A stretch of DNA of 64,000 nucleotides. It comes from Chloroflexota bacterium. Its GTDB lineage: Bacteria; Chloroflexota; UBA6077; FW602-bin22; JACPRP01. The notes under the pieces are model-generated. The model did not search any database, was not told the origin of the DNA, and saw nothing but the letters and a program-made list of their open reading frames with translations. A program made the translations under genes and the position numbers. The stretch spans positions 7,171-71,170 of the forward strand of contig JACPRP010000019.1 in the NCBI GenBank assembly GCA_016189905.1. The letters are read 5' to 3'. Below are positions 50,351 through 58,974 of the stretch, one piece after another (the first letter of the stretch is position 1; each line of letters begins with the position of its first letter).

Positions 50351-51927
50351 ACGAATTGATAGGCACCGGGGCGCTGATCCGATTGATCCTGCGCCGGGAC
50401 CGCGTCTGGCTGCCGCTTTGGATCGTGACGGTGGCGCTTGTGCCAATTGGCTTCACGGCCAGCGCCCAAGAGCTCTACCCCACTGCCGAGGCGCTCAAGG
50501 CTCTTGCCGACGAGAGCATGAAGACCCCGGCCGCCATAGTGATGCTCGGTCGCATATTTAGCCCGACCCTCGGCGGAATTGTCGCCTGGCGGACAGGGCT
50601 GCAGGGCGCGATTCTGATCGCGCCGGCGAGCATACTCTTCGTCATCCGGCACACCAGGACCGAGGAAGAGAAGGGGCGGCGTGAGCTGCTGGGCGCGACT
50701 GTGGTCGGCCGGCAAGCGTCGCTCACGGCTGCTTTGATCGTAGTGTTCGGCGCCAACCTGGCGATCGCCACGCTCATCGCGGCGGGGCTCGTCGGTCTCG
50801 GCCTGCCCGTGGCGGGATCTATCGCCTTCGGACTTTCGGCGGCGGCCGGGGGGTGGGTTTTCGCGGCGGTCGCCGGTATGGCGGCGCAACTGACGCAGAG
50901 TCCTGGCGCCGCGCGGGGCATCGCGCTGCTGGTTTTCGGCCTCCTTTACGTGCTACGCGCGCCCAGCGATCTAACCGAGGGGTCCTGGCTTTCCTGGCTA
51001 TCACCGGTCGGCTGGCTGCGGCAGACTCGGGCCTTTGCCGGCGAGCAATGGTGGGTCTTCGCGCTTCTCGGCACCCTGGTGGTCGTGCTGATGGCCGCGG
51101 CATTTGCGCTGTCCGCGCGGCGGGACCTTGGTGCCGGGCTCCTGCCATCACGGCTCGGGCCGGCCGCGGCCGGAGCCCGGCTAGGCAGCCCCCTGGCGCT
51201 AGCGTGGCGTCTGCAGCGGGGCGCATTGCTCGCCTGGGCGGCCGCGTTTGCCGCGTTAGGCGTCGGCCTGGGCGCTATCAGCCCGAGCATCTCCAAGATG
51301 GTGGACGTTCCCGAGATCCAGGCCTGGGTGGCCCGCATGGGCGCCCGCGACGCCGGCGATGCCTTCCTGTTTATGAGCGTGTACATCCTCGGTCAGGTGG
51401 CCTCGGCGTACGGGATCGCAGCCACACTGCGACTCCGGTCCGAGGAAGTCGAGCTACGCGCCGAGCCAGTGCTGGCTGCCTCGGTCAGTCGGCTTCGTTG
51501 GGCGAGCGGTCACCTGGTTTTCGGGGTGATCGGCCCCATCATAGTGCTAGCGGCGCTCGGTATCCCGATCGGGCTGATTAATGGGTGGAGCACCGGCGAG
51601 GTGGGTTACCAACTGCCGCGCCTGCTAGCCCGCACGCTGGTGACCCTGCCTGCCATCTGGATTATGGTCGGGCTCGCCACGGCATCATATGGTTTTGCGC
51701 CCCGGTTCGCCAGGTTTGTGACCTGGGCCGCGCTGGCAACATTTCTGGCGCTCGAATTCGCCTGGGAGGTGCAGCAGGTGAGCCGGTCGATATTCAACAT
51801 TTCGCCGTTTGCCCACGTGCACTGGTCCGTCCAGGTCACGTCAGAGTCCCTGGTGGGACTGACCGTACTCGCCTCGGCGCTCACCATTGCCGGGCTGATC
51901 GGCTTCCGTCGCCGCGACCTGGCTTAG
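50347..51927 (+). CDS. ABC-2-type exporter permease (12-TM)
   Basis: 526 aa, highly hydrophobic. The start overlaps the ATPase stop (ATGA). Confidence 0.8.
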   Translation: MNELIGTGALIRLILRRDRVWLPLWIVTVALVPIGFTASAQELYPTAEALKALADESMKTPAAIVMLGRIFSPTLGGIVAWRTGLQGAILIAPASILFVIRHTRTEEEKGRRELLGATVVGRQASLTAALIVVFGANLAIATLIAAGLVGLGLPVAGSIAFGLSAAAGGWVFAAVAGMAAQLTQSPGAARGIALLVFGLLYVLRAPSDLTEGSWLSWLSPVGWLRQTRAFAGEQWWVFALLGTLVVVLMAAAFALSARRDLGAGLLPSRLGPAAAGARLGSPLALAWRLQRGALLAWAAAFAALGVGLGAISPSISKMVDVPEIQAWVARMGARDAGDAFLFMSVYILGQVASAYGIAATLRLRSEEVELRAEPVLAASVSRLRWASGHLVFGVIGPIIVLAALGIPIGLINGWSTGEVGYQLPRLLARTLVTLPAIWIMVGLATASYGFAPRFARFVTWAALATFLALEFAWEVQQVSRSIFNISPFAHVHWSVQVTSESLVGLTVLASALTIAGLIGFRRRDLA

Positions 51928-51985
51928 AGCAGTTTGCATTAGCGCGGCGCGACATACCGCGCTTGACAAAAGAACGACCGATGAC

Positions 51986-52135
51986 TATAGCAGTTTGCAT
52001 TTTGATATGGCTACCCGTAGCGCGGGGGCTCGTCCCCCGCCCCGCCCAGCGGGGGACGAGCCCCCGCGCTACATTGCATACGCTCGGTATATCGGTGGCT
52101 GCTCCGCTAGCCAAAATCCTCTGCAAACTGCTATA
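51986..52135. mobile_element. MITE-like non-autonomous element, CAGTTTGC-terminus family, copy 2, with central 24-bp perfect palindrome
   Basis: 14-bp perfect terminal inverted repeats TATAGCAGTTTGCA (51986-51999) and TGCAAACTGCTATA (52122-52135). The central stem runs 52017-52040 / 52049-52072. A solo terminus GAGCAGTTTGCA lies at 51927-51938. Confidence 0.55.
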
Positions 52136-52535
52136 AATTCCCCGGGCAGTGCCTGCAACTCGCACGAGACGTGGCATTTAGCACTCAAGGCCCAGCTACC
52201 AAGCGGTTGCCAACCTGGTAAGGACAAGGCATTCGCCAAATATCTTTGCCCTACGATGACCTTGCGCAAATACTTTGCCCTGCGATCTAGCCCAACCACC
52301 GGTCTCTCCAATCATCAATTTCCCTGGCCAGTTAGCAAGCCTCAATTGCACCACAGCTTCTATTGTGCTACACTTGGGTCCGGCTGAGTACTTCGTGATA
52401 AGGTTCACCATCTTTCGGCTGAAGGACCGACATTCCCAACAGTTTCTTTGCGGTCTTTGCGGTGAACTCACGCGCCATACTCATAGCAGTGTGCTTGTAC
52501 CAATTGCCTCACGATAGACCAAATATTCCACGGGG

Positions 52536-52575
52536 CAGGGCCTGTAGTCCTTCGGCGGAAGGACTACAGGCCCTG
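52536..52575. repeat. REP-like 18-bp perfect hairpin with GGCG loop
   Basis: CAGGGCCTGTAGTCCTTC-GGCG-GAAGGACTACAGGCCCTG. Its core is shared with 45043-45060. Confidence 0.8.
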
Positions 52576-52647
52576 CGTGGGGTGGGCCGATATAGGACCC
52601 GTCTATGACCAATTGGTATTAGGCCTCAAACTCCTGGGGCGACCAGA

Positions 52648-55467
52648 ATGCGGCCACCAAGGACAGTAGGTATGAAGAGAAGAATCCTGGTGTGCAAGAT
52701 TGCGCCGCTCCTGTTAGTGATCCTTGCCACGGCATTCCGCGCCTACCACTTAGATTGGCAGTCGCTGTGGGACGATGAAGGTTTTACGGCGGCCATCTTG
52801 GGGCACGATCTTTGGCGGATTGCCGCTGAAACCCCGTATGGCAACTTGCCGTTGCACTACTACCTCGTGGCTGCTTGGACGGCCGCGAGCGGGTATTCTG
52901 AATTCGCCTTACGGTTTCTGTCGCTCTGGTTCGGCGTGTTGCTGGTTCCCTTGACATACCAGCTTGGCGGCAGGCTTTTCAGCCCGTCTGCACGTCTGCC
53001 GGCGGCGTTACTCATGGCCGTGGCACCATCCCTCATCTATCAGTCTCAGGTTGCGCGTCCTTATACCCTGTTGGCGGCTCTGTACGTCGCCAACTTCCTG
53101 TTTGCGCTCCGTCTTCTGGAACGGCCCGGAGTCTGGTGGCTTTGGGCCGGCCTCACTGTCACTGCGGCGCTCGGCAGCTACACTCATTTCTTCGGGATGG
53201 TGCTGCCGGTGCTGGCGGTGCTGCTGTTCCTGCCATTTGCCCGCGGAGACCGGCGTTTCCTTTATGGCCTCGGCGGTGCCGTTCTGGGCATTCTCCTGCT
53301 TTTTACCCCCTGGCTACTTACGCAGCTTAGCGGCAACGTCGGCTACGCCCGCGGCTACTCGAGCCCGTCCCCCTTTGCCCTCGCTTCCCTGCCCTTGCGG
53401 CGTGCTGAGCAGGTGTGGGTGGGGCTCTTCGCTCAAACCAGTTACGACCTGGAAATCACGACAAACTATATCTGGACCCTGCTGCCGCTCGTGGCATTAT
53501 GTGGTGGTCTCGCACTCCTATGGTCTCACCAAAGGCTCTCGATCCGGTACGCCGTGTTAATCTACCTTTTGGTCCCTCTGGCCGCCGGCATTGTCGCCGG
53601 CGTGCTCTTCACTTTCTTCAATCCTCGCTATCTGCTCTACCTCGCTCCGCTCTGCTTCGCGCTGATAGCCGGTATCGTTTCCTTACCACGGCTCGGCAGC
53701 CGTATCGTAGCTCCAGCGGTGATCGGCGCGCTGTTGCTGCTGTGGATTCCGGTGACAAAGGACTATTATCAGAATACTACAAACGAAGACCTGCGGTCCC
53801 TGGCACGCCGCATCACCGCCGAAATCAGGCCAGGCGATGCGATCGTGGTCAACTCCGGCTGGCGGAATACCCTTCTCGATTACTACCTGCGAGATTCAGG
53901 TAACCCTCGCCGCTACGTCATACCACTCGAGGCGCCCGCCGGCGAGAAGGCGACGCGCGCGCTCCTGCGCGACGCGATGGCGGAGCACGAGCGTGTCTGG
54001 GTGGTGTTTTTCGGAGCTTCCCTGGACAATTCGACCCACGCGATCGGACCTTTGCTCCGCGAGGAATTCGCTCGTGTAGTCGATCGATCGTATGGAACCA
54101 CCAGTCTTGGCCTCTACGTTAAAGGCAAGGCCGGTACCGAGGTCGGCGAGTTGACCACGTTCAAAGACGAGCTGACACTGAGGGTTGGTCCAGTGTACTG
54201 GCCGCGGGATGGAAAACCCCTGGACAGCGCCGTGTTTTCGCTGGATTGGCAGCCGCTCAAGCCAGTCACCAGGAATTACGCGGGGTCCCTGCGTCTGGTC
54301 GACGAGAACGGAGCAGTTTGGAGCCAGTTGGATAGCGGGCTACCCAACGGCGACTTAAAGACCACGGTGAACTCGACCGGCAATTGGTGGAAGGAGTATC
54401 GTGGCCTTATCGTCCCTGCTGGTACCCCTCCGGGGAATTACACTATGACCCTCACCATCTACGATGTCGCCAGCGGCCAGGCTCTGGAACCATCCGGTTC
54501 CCGTCGTCTGGGCTGGAGCCGGGCGCTGGCGTTGGGGCAGATAAACGTTGGCGTGGCCGATCGTCAGCCAGATCCGGCGACGCTTCCCGTCACGGCCAGG
54601 GAACGAATCGTCTTTGGCGAGCGATTGGCGCTGCTGGGTAGCAAGTGGGACAGGAGCCAGACGGCTGGACAACCTATGGTTCTGCAGCTTTTCTGGCAGG
54701 CTTTGAAGCCCATGTCCAGAGATTATCGCCTACGCCTTCAGCTTCGCGGTCGCTCGGGTCACGTTGCCGGAGATGTTACAGTACCCGTCAGCAAGGCAGA
54801 CTATCCAACATCTCGCTGGCCTGCCGGGAGCATACTCAAAGGCCAATACAGGTTGCCCATATCTCCGCGCTCGGCTCCGGAGGAATACGCTTTGCACCTT
54901 TCAGTGGTTGATCCGCAGTCAGGCACGACGTTGGCGACCACCGGATGGGTGGCAGACATCGCGGGATACGTCGAGGTGAAGGCGATGGCCCGTCCTTTTT
55001 CGGCGCCTCCGATGAGCAAGCGGGTGGATGCCACTTTTGGCCCAGGTATCACACTCCTAGGCTACACGATTGAAAACCAGACCCAGGCGGCGAATAACTC
55101 TGGCCCGTCTTCTGGCCCGGGAAGATCGGTGAAGGTGATCTTGTACTGGGTCTGGCAGCCAGGGGCCGGTGATAGCCAGCCCGTTATTCAACGCTCCTAC
55201 ACCGCGTTTGTCCACCTCCTGGATCGAGAGGGCGTGCTGGTTAGTCAGCACGACGGAGTCCCCGGAAACGGACAACTCCCAACTACCGCCTGGCCCAGCG
55301 ATGAGGTAATTGCCGATCCACATTCCATATCCCTACCGAACGATGTCCAGAAAGGACCTTTCACGCTCATTGTCGGATTGTACGACAGTGACACGATTCA
55401 GCGGCTGCAAACCGTCGATGGTGCCGATCACGTAAGGCTGGCCGAACCCTCTATCGGTGGCCTGTGA
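52648..55467 (+). CDS. GT39-family (ArnT/PMT-like) membrane glycosyltransferase with large C-terminal triple beta-sandwich-like repeat region
   Basis: The N-terminal ~430 aa are polytopic, with the early LWDDEGF motif typical of GT-C/GT39 enzymes. The C-terminal ~500 aa have three repeats. An alternative start is ATG 52672. Confidence 0.75.
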   Translation: MRPPRTVGMKRRILVCKIAPLLLVILATAFRAYHLDWQSLWDDEGFTAAILGHDLWRIAAETPYGNLPLHYYLVAAWTAASGYSEFALRFLSLWFGVLLVPLTYQLGGRLFSPSARLPAALLMAVAPSLIYQSQVARPYTLLAALYVANFLFALRLLERPGVWWLWAGLTVTAALGSYTHFFGMVLPVLAVLLFLPFARGDRRFLYGLGGAVLGILLLFTPWLLTQLSGNVGYARGYSSPSPFALASLPLRRAEQVWVGLFAQTSYDLEITTNYIWTLLPLVALCGGLALLWSHQRLSIRYAVLIYLLVPLAAGIVAGVLFTFFNPRYLLYLAPLCFALIAGIVSLPRLGSRIVAPAVIGALLLLWIPVTKDYYQNTTNEDLRSLARRITAEIRPGDAIVVNSGWRNTLLDYYLRDSGNPRRYVIPLEAPAGEKATRALLRDAMAEHERVWVVFFGASLDNSTHAIGPLLREEFARVVDRSYGTTSLGLYVKGKAGTEVGELTTFKDELTLRVGPVYWPRDGKPLDSAVFSLDWQPLKPVTRNYAGSLRLVDENGAVWSQLDSGLPNGDLKTTVNSTGNWWKEYRGLIVPAGTPPGNYTMTLTIYDVASGQALEPSGSRRLGWSRALALGQINVGVADRQPDPATLPVTARERIVFGERLALLGSKWDRSQTAGQPMVLQLFWQALKPMSRDYRLRLQLRGRSGHVAGDVTVPVSKADYPTSRWPAGSILKGQYRLPISPRSAPEEYALHLSVVDPQSGTTLATTGWVADIAGYVEVKAMARPFSAPPMSKRVDATFGPGITLLGYTIENQTQAANNSGPSSGPGRSVKVILYWVWQPGAGDSQPVIQRSYTAFVHLLDREGVLVSQHDGVPGNGQLPTTAWPSDEVIADPHSISLPNDVQKGPFTLIVGLYDSDTIQRLQTVDGADHVRLAEPSIGGL

Positions 55468-55579
55468 AGTACGACGAGCGCCGGTGTCAAGGGTTGCTAC
55501 TTCGCTCAGCAAAAGTGTATACTAGCGGCGGGCTGGATCAGCGCTGTACATCACCTAACACACTCAGGAGAGCGCAGGT

Positions 55580-57625
55580 GTGCTGACACGAACGATCGGC
55601 AGAAGTTCCGCGAAGTTAAGGTGGGATCAGCGCCCGCTGCTTGTCCGCTGGACGATAATCGCTACTGCCTTTCTTGTGACTCAGCCCCTTATTTCCTTGG
55701 TCCACCAGATAGCTATCCTGCTCGCGGCTCTTGTGCTGCGCTGGTCGGCGTCCACTCCTCTTCTCGAATGGCCCGTGAAAACTATCGTTGCCGAGCCGAT
55801 CTATTCCCGCATAGCCCTGGAGATGTTGGGCAACATAAACGCCCGTGGACTCGCTATATCCGGTTTGGTCGGAGGCTTCCTGCATGACGTCTGGCCTCAA
55901 GTGTTCGTTGACCCTGGCCTGGTAGTGGATGGATTCTGGGTTAGCGCTGTTGTCGCGTCGGGAAGCTCTGTCATCAGCCGGTTTCTCGTCCTGACTGGCG
56001 CGAGTGGGCTTCTTATACTCCTTGGTGTGCTGCTCGTTAGCTGGGGACTTGAGGGCGGTTCGGTGCCGCGCGCTTTGGCCACCCCATCGATGGTCAATGG
56101 ACGTGTGTTGTTTGGCCTGCTTTTGCAGGCACGTGGCGTGGCGGCTATTCTATCGATAGGGGTCACCCCGACGGATCTGGAGAACATGGGCCTTGCCCAG
56201 ATTGGAACTAAATTGTTGGTGACTTCACCCCAATCATACGAGACCACCTTATTAGCGCTCGGCGGTTGGCTATCGTTCGGCCTCCACTTGCTCGCGGTGG
56301 TAGCGGATTACGTCCCCGCCTTACTGTTTGCCCATTTGTTGTTTGTCCTCCTGAGAATGCGTGGCTCAAAACGGTCGTTAACCGGTTTAGACGGGCTCTC
56401 GATCTGCCCGAGCAGGATAAAGCCCCTCGGCCTGCTGCCTATGGTCGGCATGGCTGCCGTCGTTGTGTTGCCTTTCGGGATGGCCTCCACGAACTTCGGC
56501 TACGGTGCCTCCGCTACAACCGTCAATGTCGTCGTCAGTGTCGGCGAATCCGCTGCCAACATCGACCCACAGGTCAAAAGCCTCTCGGAAGTGCCTGAAG
56601 ACAACCCCGTCGCACCATCGCCCATCCAGCCTCCGACGCCTACCCCTGGTCCGAGTGTGGTGTCAACCACAGGGAGTTCGAACAACTTCGTCTACCTAGT
56701 TAACGGCAAGAGGACGTGGATTCGAGGGGTTGGATACAACGTGATATATCGCGACCTGCCGAATGAACGGCGAGCCAGGCGCTACGAGCGGGACTTCTCG
56801 CGGATGGCGGACGCCGGTGTTAACACGATCCTGGGGTGGGATTCCGACCAGGGATACGCCCACGATAAGTTCGATGACTTGTTGCTGACCAGGGCCAACA
56901 AGTTCGGGCTGGGTATTTTGATGCCCTTCTTTCTCGATCCGAATGGAGAATACTCGAATGATAGCTATCGGGCACGAGTTACGCAGGACGTGATTGCCTT
57001 TGTCCGTCGTTTCAAGCGCCAACCCGCGATCAGAATGTGGGCAATCGGCAACGAGGTGATGCACGGTATGGAGGCTATGATGGTGCTGCGTGGAAAATCG
57101 CCGAAAAGCACGCCCACCGCGTTTGCGGATTTCTATCTGAAGCTGGTCGACGAAGTCCGCAAAGAGGACCCCAACCATCCGGTGATCTATCGCACCGCCG
57201 AAGACGGCTTTTTGGGCGCGTTCAAAGCGGTTCGAGCCAAGAGCGTCGAACCTCGCCCTTGGCTCGTGTTCGGTATGAATGTCTTCTCGTCCCGCCTCAA
57301 GACAATACTGACGAATTGGGAGCGTCACGGGTTCGGCAATCCCCTCTTGATCAGCGAGTTTGCCCCCACCGGTCTTTCACAGCAAGACCGTCCTCGCGGT
57401 TTCGTGAGGATGTGGCGGGCGATTCGAAGCTATTCCTGCAGCGTCATTGGTGGCATCGTCTATGTCTGGACGACGGCTGGACCTGAACCTGTGGATCGTG
57501 TCTTTGGGCTTGTGGACGGCGATGGGAAGGCGGTTGATGGCTCGCTCGATGCCATCGCTTCCGAGTTCCGCCAGGCTCGCAATCTGACTGGCACATGCGG
57601 GCCCCCGCTACAAAGCTCGCAGTGA
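55580..57625 (+). CDS. Polytopic membrane domain fused through a Pro/Thr linker to a clan GH-A-like (beta/alpha)8 glycoside hydrolase domain
   Basis: About 300 aa of TM-rich N-terminus and a PSPIQPPTPTPGPS linker. The C-domain has candidate acid/base GNEV and nucleophile ISEF. It is a paralogue of 57691-58788. Confidence 0.65.
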   Translation: MLTRTIGRSSAKLRWDQRPLLVRWTIIATAFLVTQPLISLVHQIAILLAALVLRWSASTPLLEWPVKTIVAEPIYSRIALEMLGNINARGLAISGLVGGFLHDVWPQVFVDPGLVVDGFWVSAVVASGSSVISRFLVLTGASGLLILLGVLLVSWGLEGGSVPRALATPSMVNGRVLFGLLLQARGVAAILSIGVTPTDLENMGLAQIGTKLLVTSPQSYETTLLALGGWLSFGLHLLAVVADYVPALLFAHLLFVLLRMRGSKRSLTGLDGLSICPSRIKPLGLLPMVGMAAVVVLPFGMASTNFGYGASATTVNVVVSVGESAANIDPQVKSLSEVPEDNPVAPSPIQPPTPTPGPSVVSTTGSSNNFVYLVNGKRTWIRGVGYNVIYRDLPNERRARRYERDFSRMADAGVNTILGWDSDQGYAHDKFDDLLLTRANKFGLGILMPFFLDPNGEYSNDSYRARVTQDVIAFVRRFKRQPAIRMWAIGNEVMHGMEAMMVLRGKSPKSTPTAFADFYLKLVDEVRKEDPNHPVIYRTAEDGFLGAFKAVRAKSVEPRPWLVFGMNVFSSRLKTILTNWERHGFGNPLLISEFAPTGLSQQDRPRGFVRMWRAIRSYSCSVIGGIVYVWTTAGPEPVDRVFGLVDGDGKAVDGSLDAIASEFRQARNLTGTCGPPLQSSQ

Positions 57626-57690
57626 ACAGACCGGAAACTTGACGAAGCAGGCCTTTGGGCGTAATGTGAAAAGTGTAATACGTTGTTGGA

Positions 57691-58788
57691 GTGGAAACCG
57701 TGAGGCTAACCCGAGCTAGTCGCCAGGCATTGTATGCTCTGGGTGCGTTCTCCATTCTTGTGTTTGGCATAGCGGTTTGGCAAGGTGCCTTAAGTCAGGA
57801 ACTCCGATCTTTGGCCTCGGACAGGACATCGGCCAGCCTTCATTCGAAGGCTGGCCCCAGCGTCGTTACAGTGCAGAAGGACGAGCGTGGTGTGTTTCGA
57901 TATTTGGTGAACGGGAAACCGCAAGTGTTCGTTGGGATGGGCTACAACCCGATTTACCGCTATCTCTCCGATGATGAGCGAGCGGCGAGCTATGACCGTG
58001 ATTTCCAGATCCTGTGTGAAGCGGGGGTAAACCATATTATCGGGTGGGATTTCGACAAAGGCTACGAACAGGATAAATTTGATGAAATCACGCTCGATTA
58101 CGCTTATGAGCACGGGCTCGGGGTGGTAATGCCTTTCTATCTTCCCCCCGACGGTGACTACCAGGATGAAGCTTTTCTTCAGAATCTCAGCGATGAAGCC
58201 ACCGAAAAAATCGCCAGGTACAAGGATCACCCCGCTCTGCGGATGTGGGGCCCTGGAAACGAGGTGCTGCTCGATAATCGTTCGCGCAGAATGTGGGCAT
58301 CGTTCGGACCGTTCTATCTCGGCCTGGCCGATCTATTCCACGAGTTGGACCCTGACCATCCGGTGATCTATCGTGAAGCTGAGGGCTATTTGTTGCCGGC
58401 AATGGTCAACGTGTCTCTGAACGATCTTGACGAGCGACCGTGGTTGCTTTACGGCGTGAACATATACAGCCTGGAACTGAACAATTTCCTGGAAACGTGG
58501 CCTGACTACGAGTTCGATCGACCCCTTCTGGTATCAGAGTTCGGCGCCGAATCGTATTGGACAGGCGACCGTGCGCAGGGTTATCTCGACATGTGGCGTT
58601 CGATACGTGCCCACTCGGACTACGTTCTGGGGGGAGCAGCTTACGCCTGGACCACCGAGGGGCCTGAGCCTACAGATCAGAAATGGGGCCTGATGGACGG
58701 TGAGAGCCACCCTGTTGACGCCACCTTCCCTCTGTTAGCTTCAGACTGGCGCAAAGTCAACGTTGACGATAACCGATGTCGCTATTGA
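57691..58788 (+). CDS. Signal-anchored clan GH-A-like glycoside hydrolase, paralogue of the preceding gene's C-domain
   Basis: Aligns by eye at roughly 40% identity with residues ~370-680 of the preceding protein (FRYLVNGK, GVNHIIGWD, LRMWGPGNEV, LLVSEFG, WTTEGPEP). Confidence 0.7.
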   Translation: METVRLTRASRQALYALGAFSILVFGIAVWQGALSQELRSLASDRTSASLHSKAGPSVVTVQKDERGVFRYLVNGKPQVFVGMGYNPIYRYLSDDERAASYDRDFQILCEAGVNHIIGWDFDKGYEQDKFDEITLDYAYEHGLGVVMPFYLPPDGDYQDEAFLQNLSDEATEKIARYKDHPALRMWGPGNEVLLDNRSRRMWASFGPFYLGLADLFHELDPDHPVIYREAEGYLLPAMVNVSLNDLDERPWLLYGVNIYSLELNNFLETWPDYEFDRPLLVSEFGAESYWTGDRAQGYLDMWRSIRAHSDYVLGGAAYAWTTEGPEPTDQKWGLMDGESHPVDATFPLLASDWRKVNVDDNRCRY

Positions 58789-58974
58789 CGGAGTGCCTGC
58801 TCTGAACGATAATGGTGAAAGACAAAAACCTGGTGCCCCGTCAAGGCGGGAGCTTGGGAGTGCCCCCTAGGAATTCCCTTTCCGGAGGCGGATTGATGGG
58901 GCGCTAAATCAAAATAGGTGATTTGATCGTACACTGAATCTTGACTTCTGGGGGGATTGAGAAGGGAGGCGAGG

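Noticed and set aside
51585-52471. ORFs crossing the MITE-like element (51585-52136, 51881-52177, 51995-52387, 52196-52471).
   Set aside because: They read through terminal inverted repeats and the 24-bp palindrome (GTSPRA-type repeat peptides). No coding signal is present.
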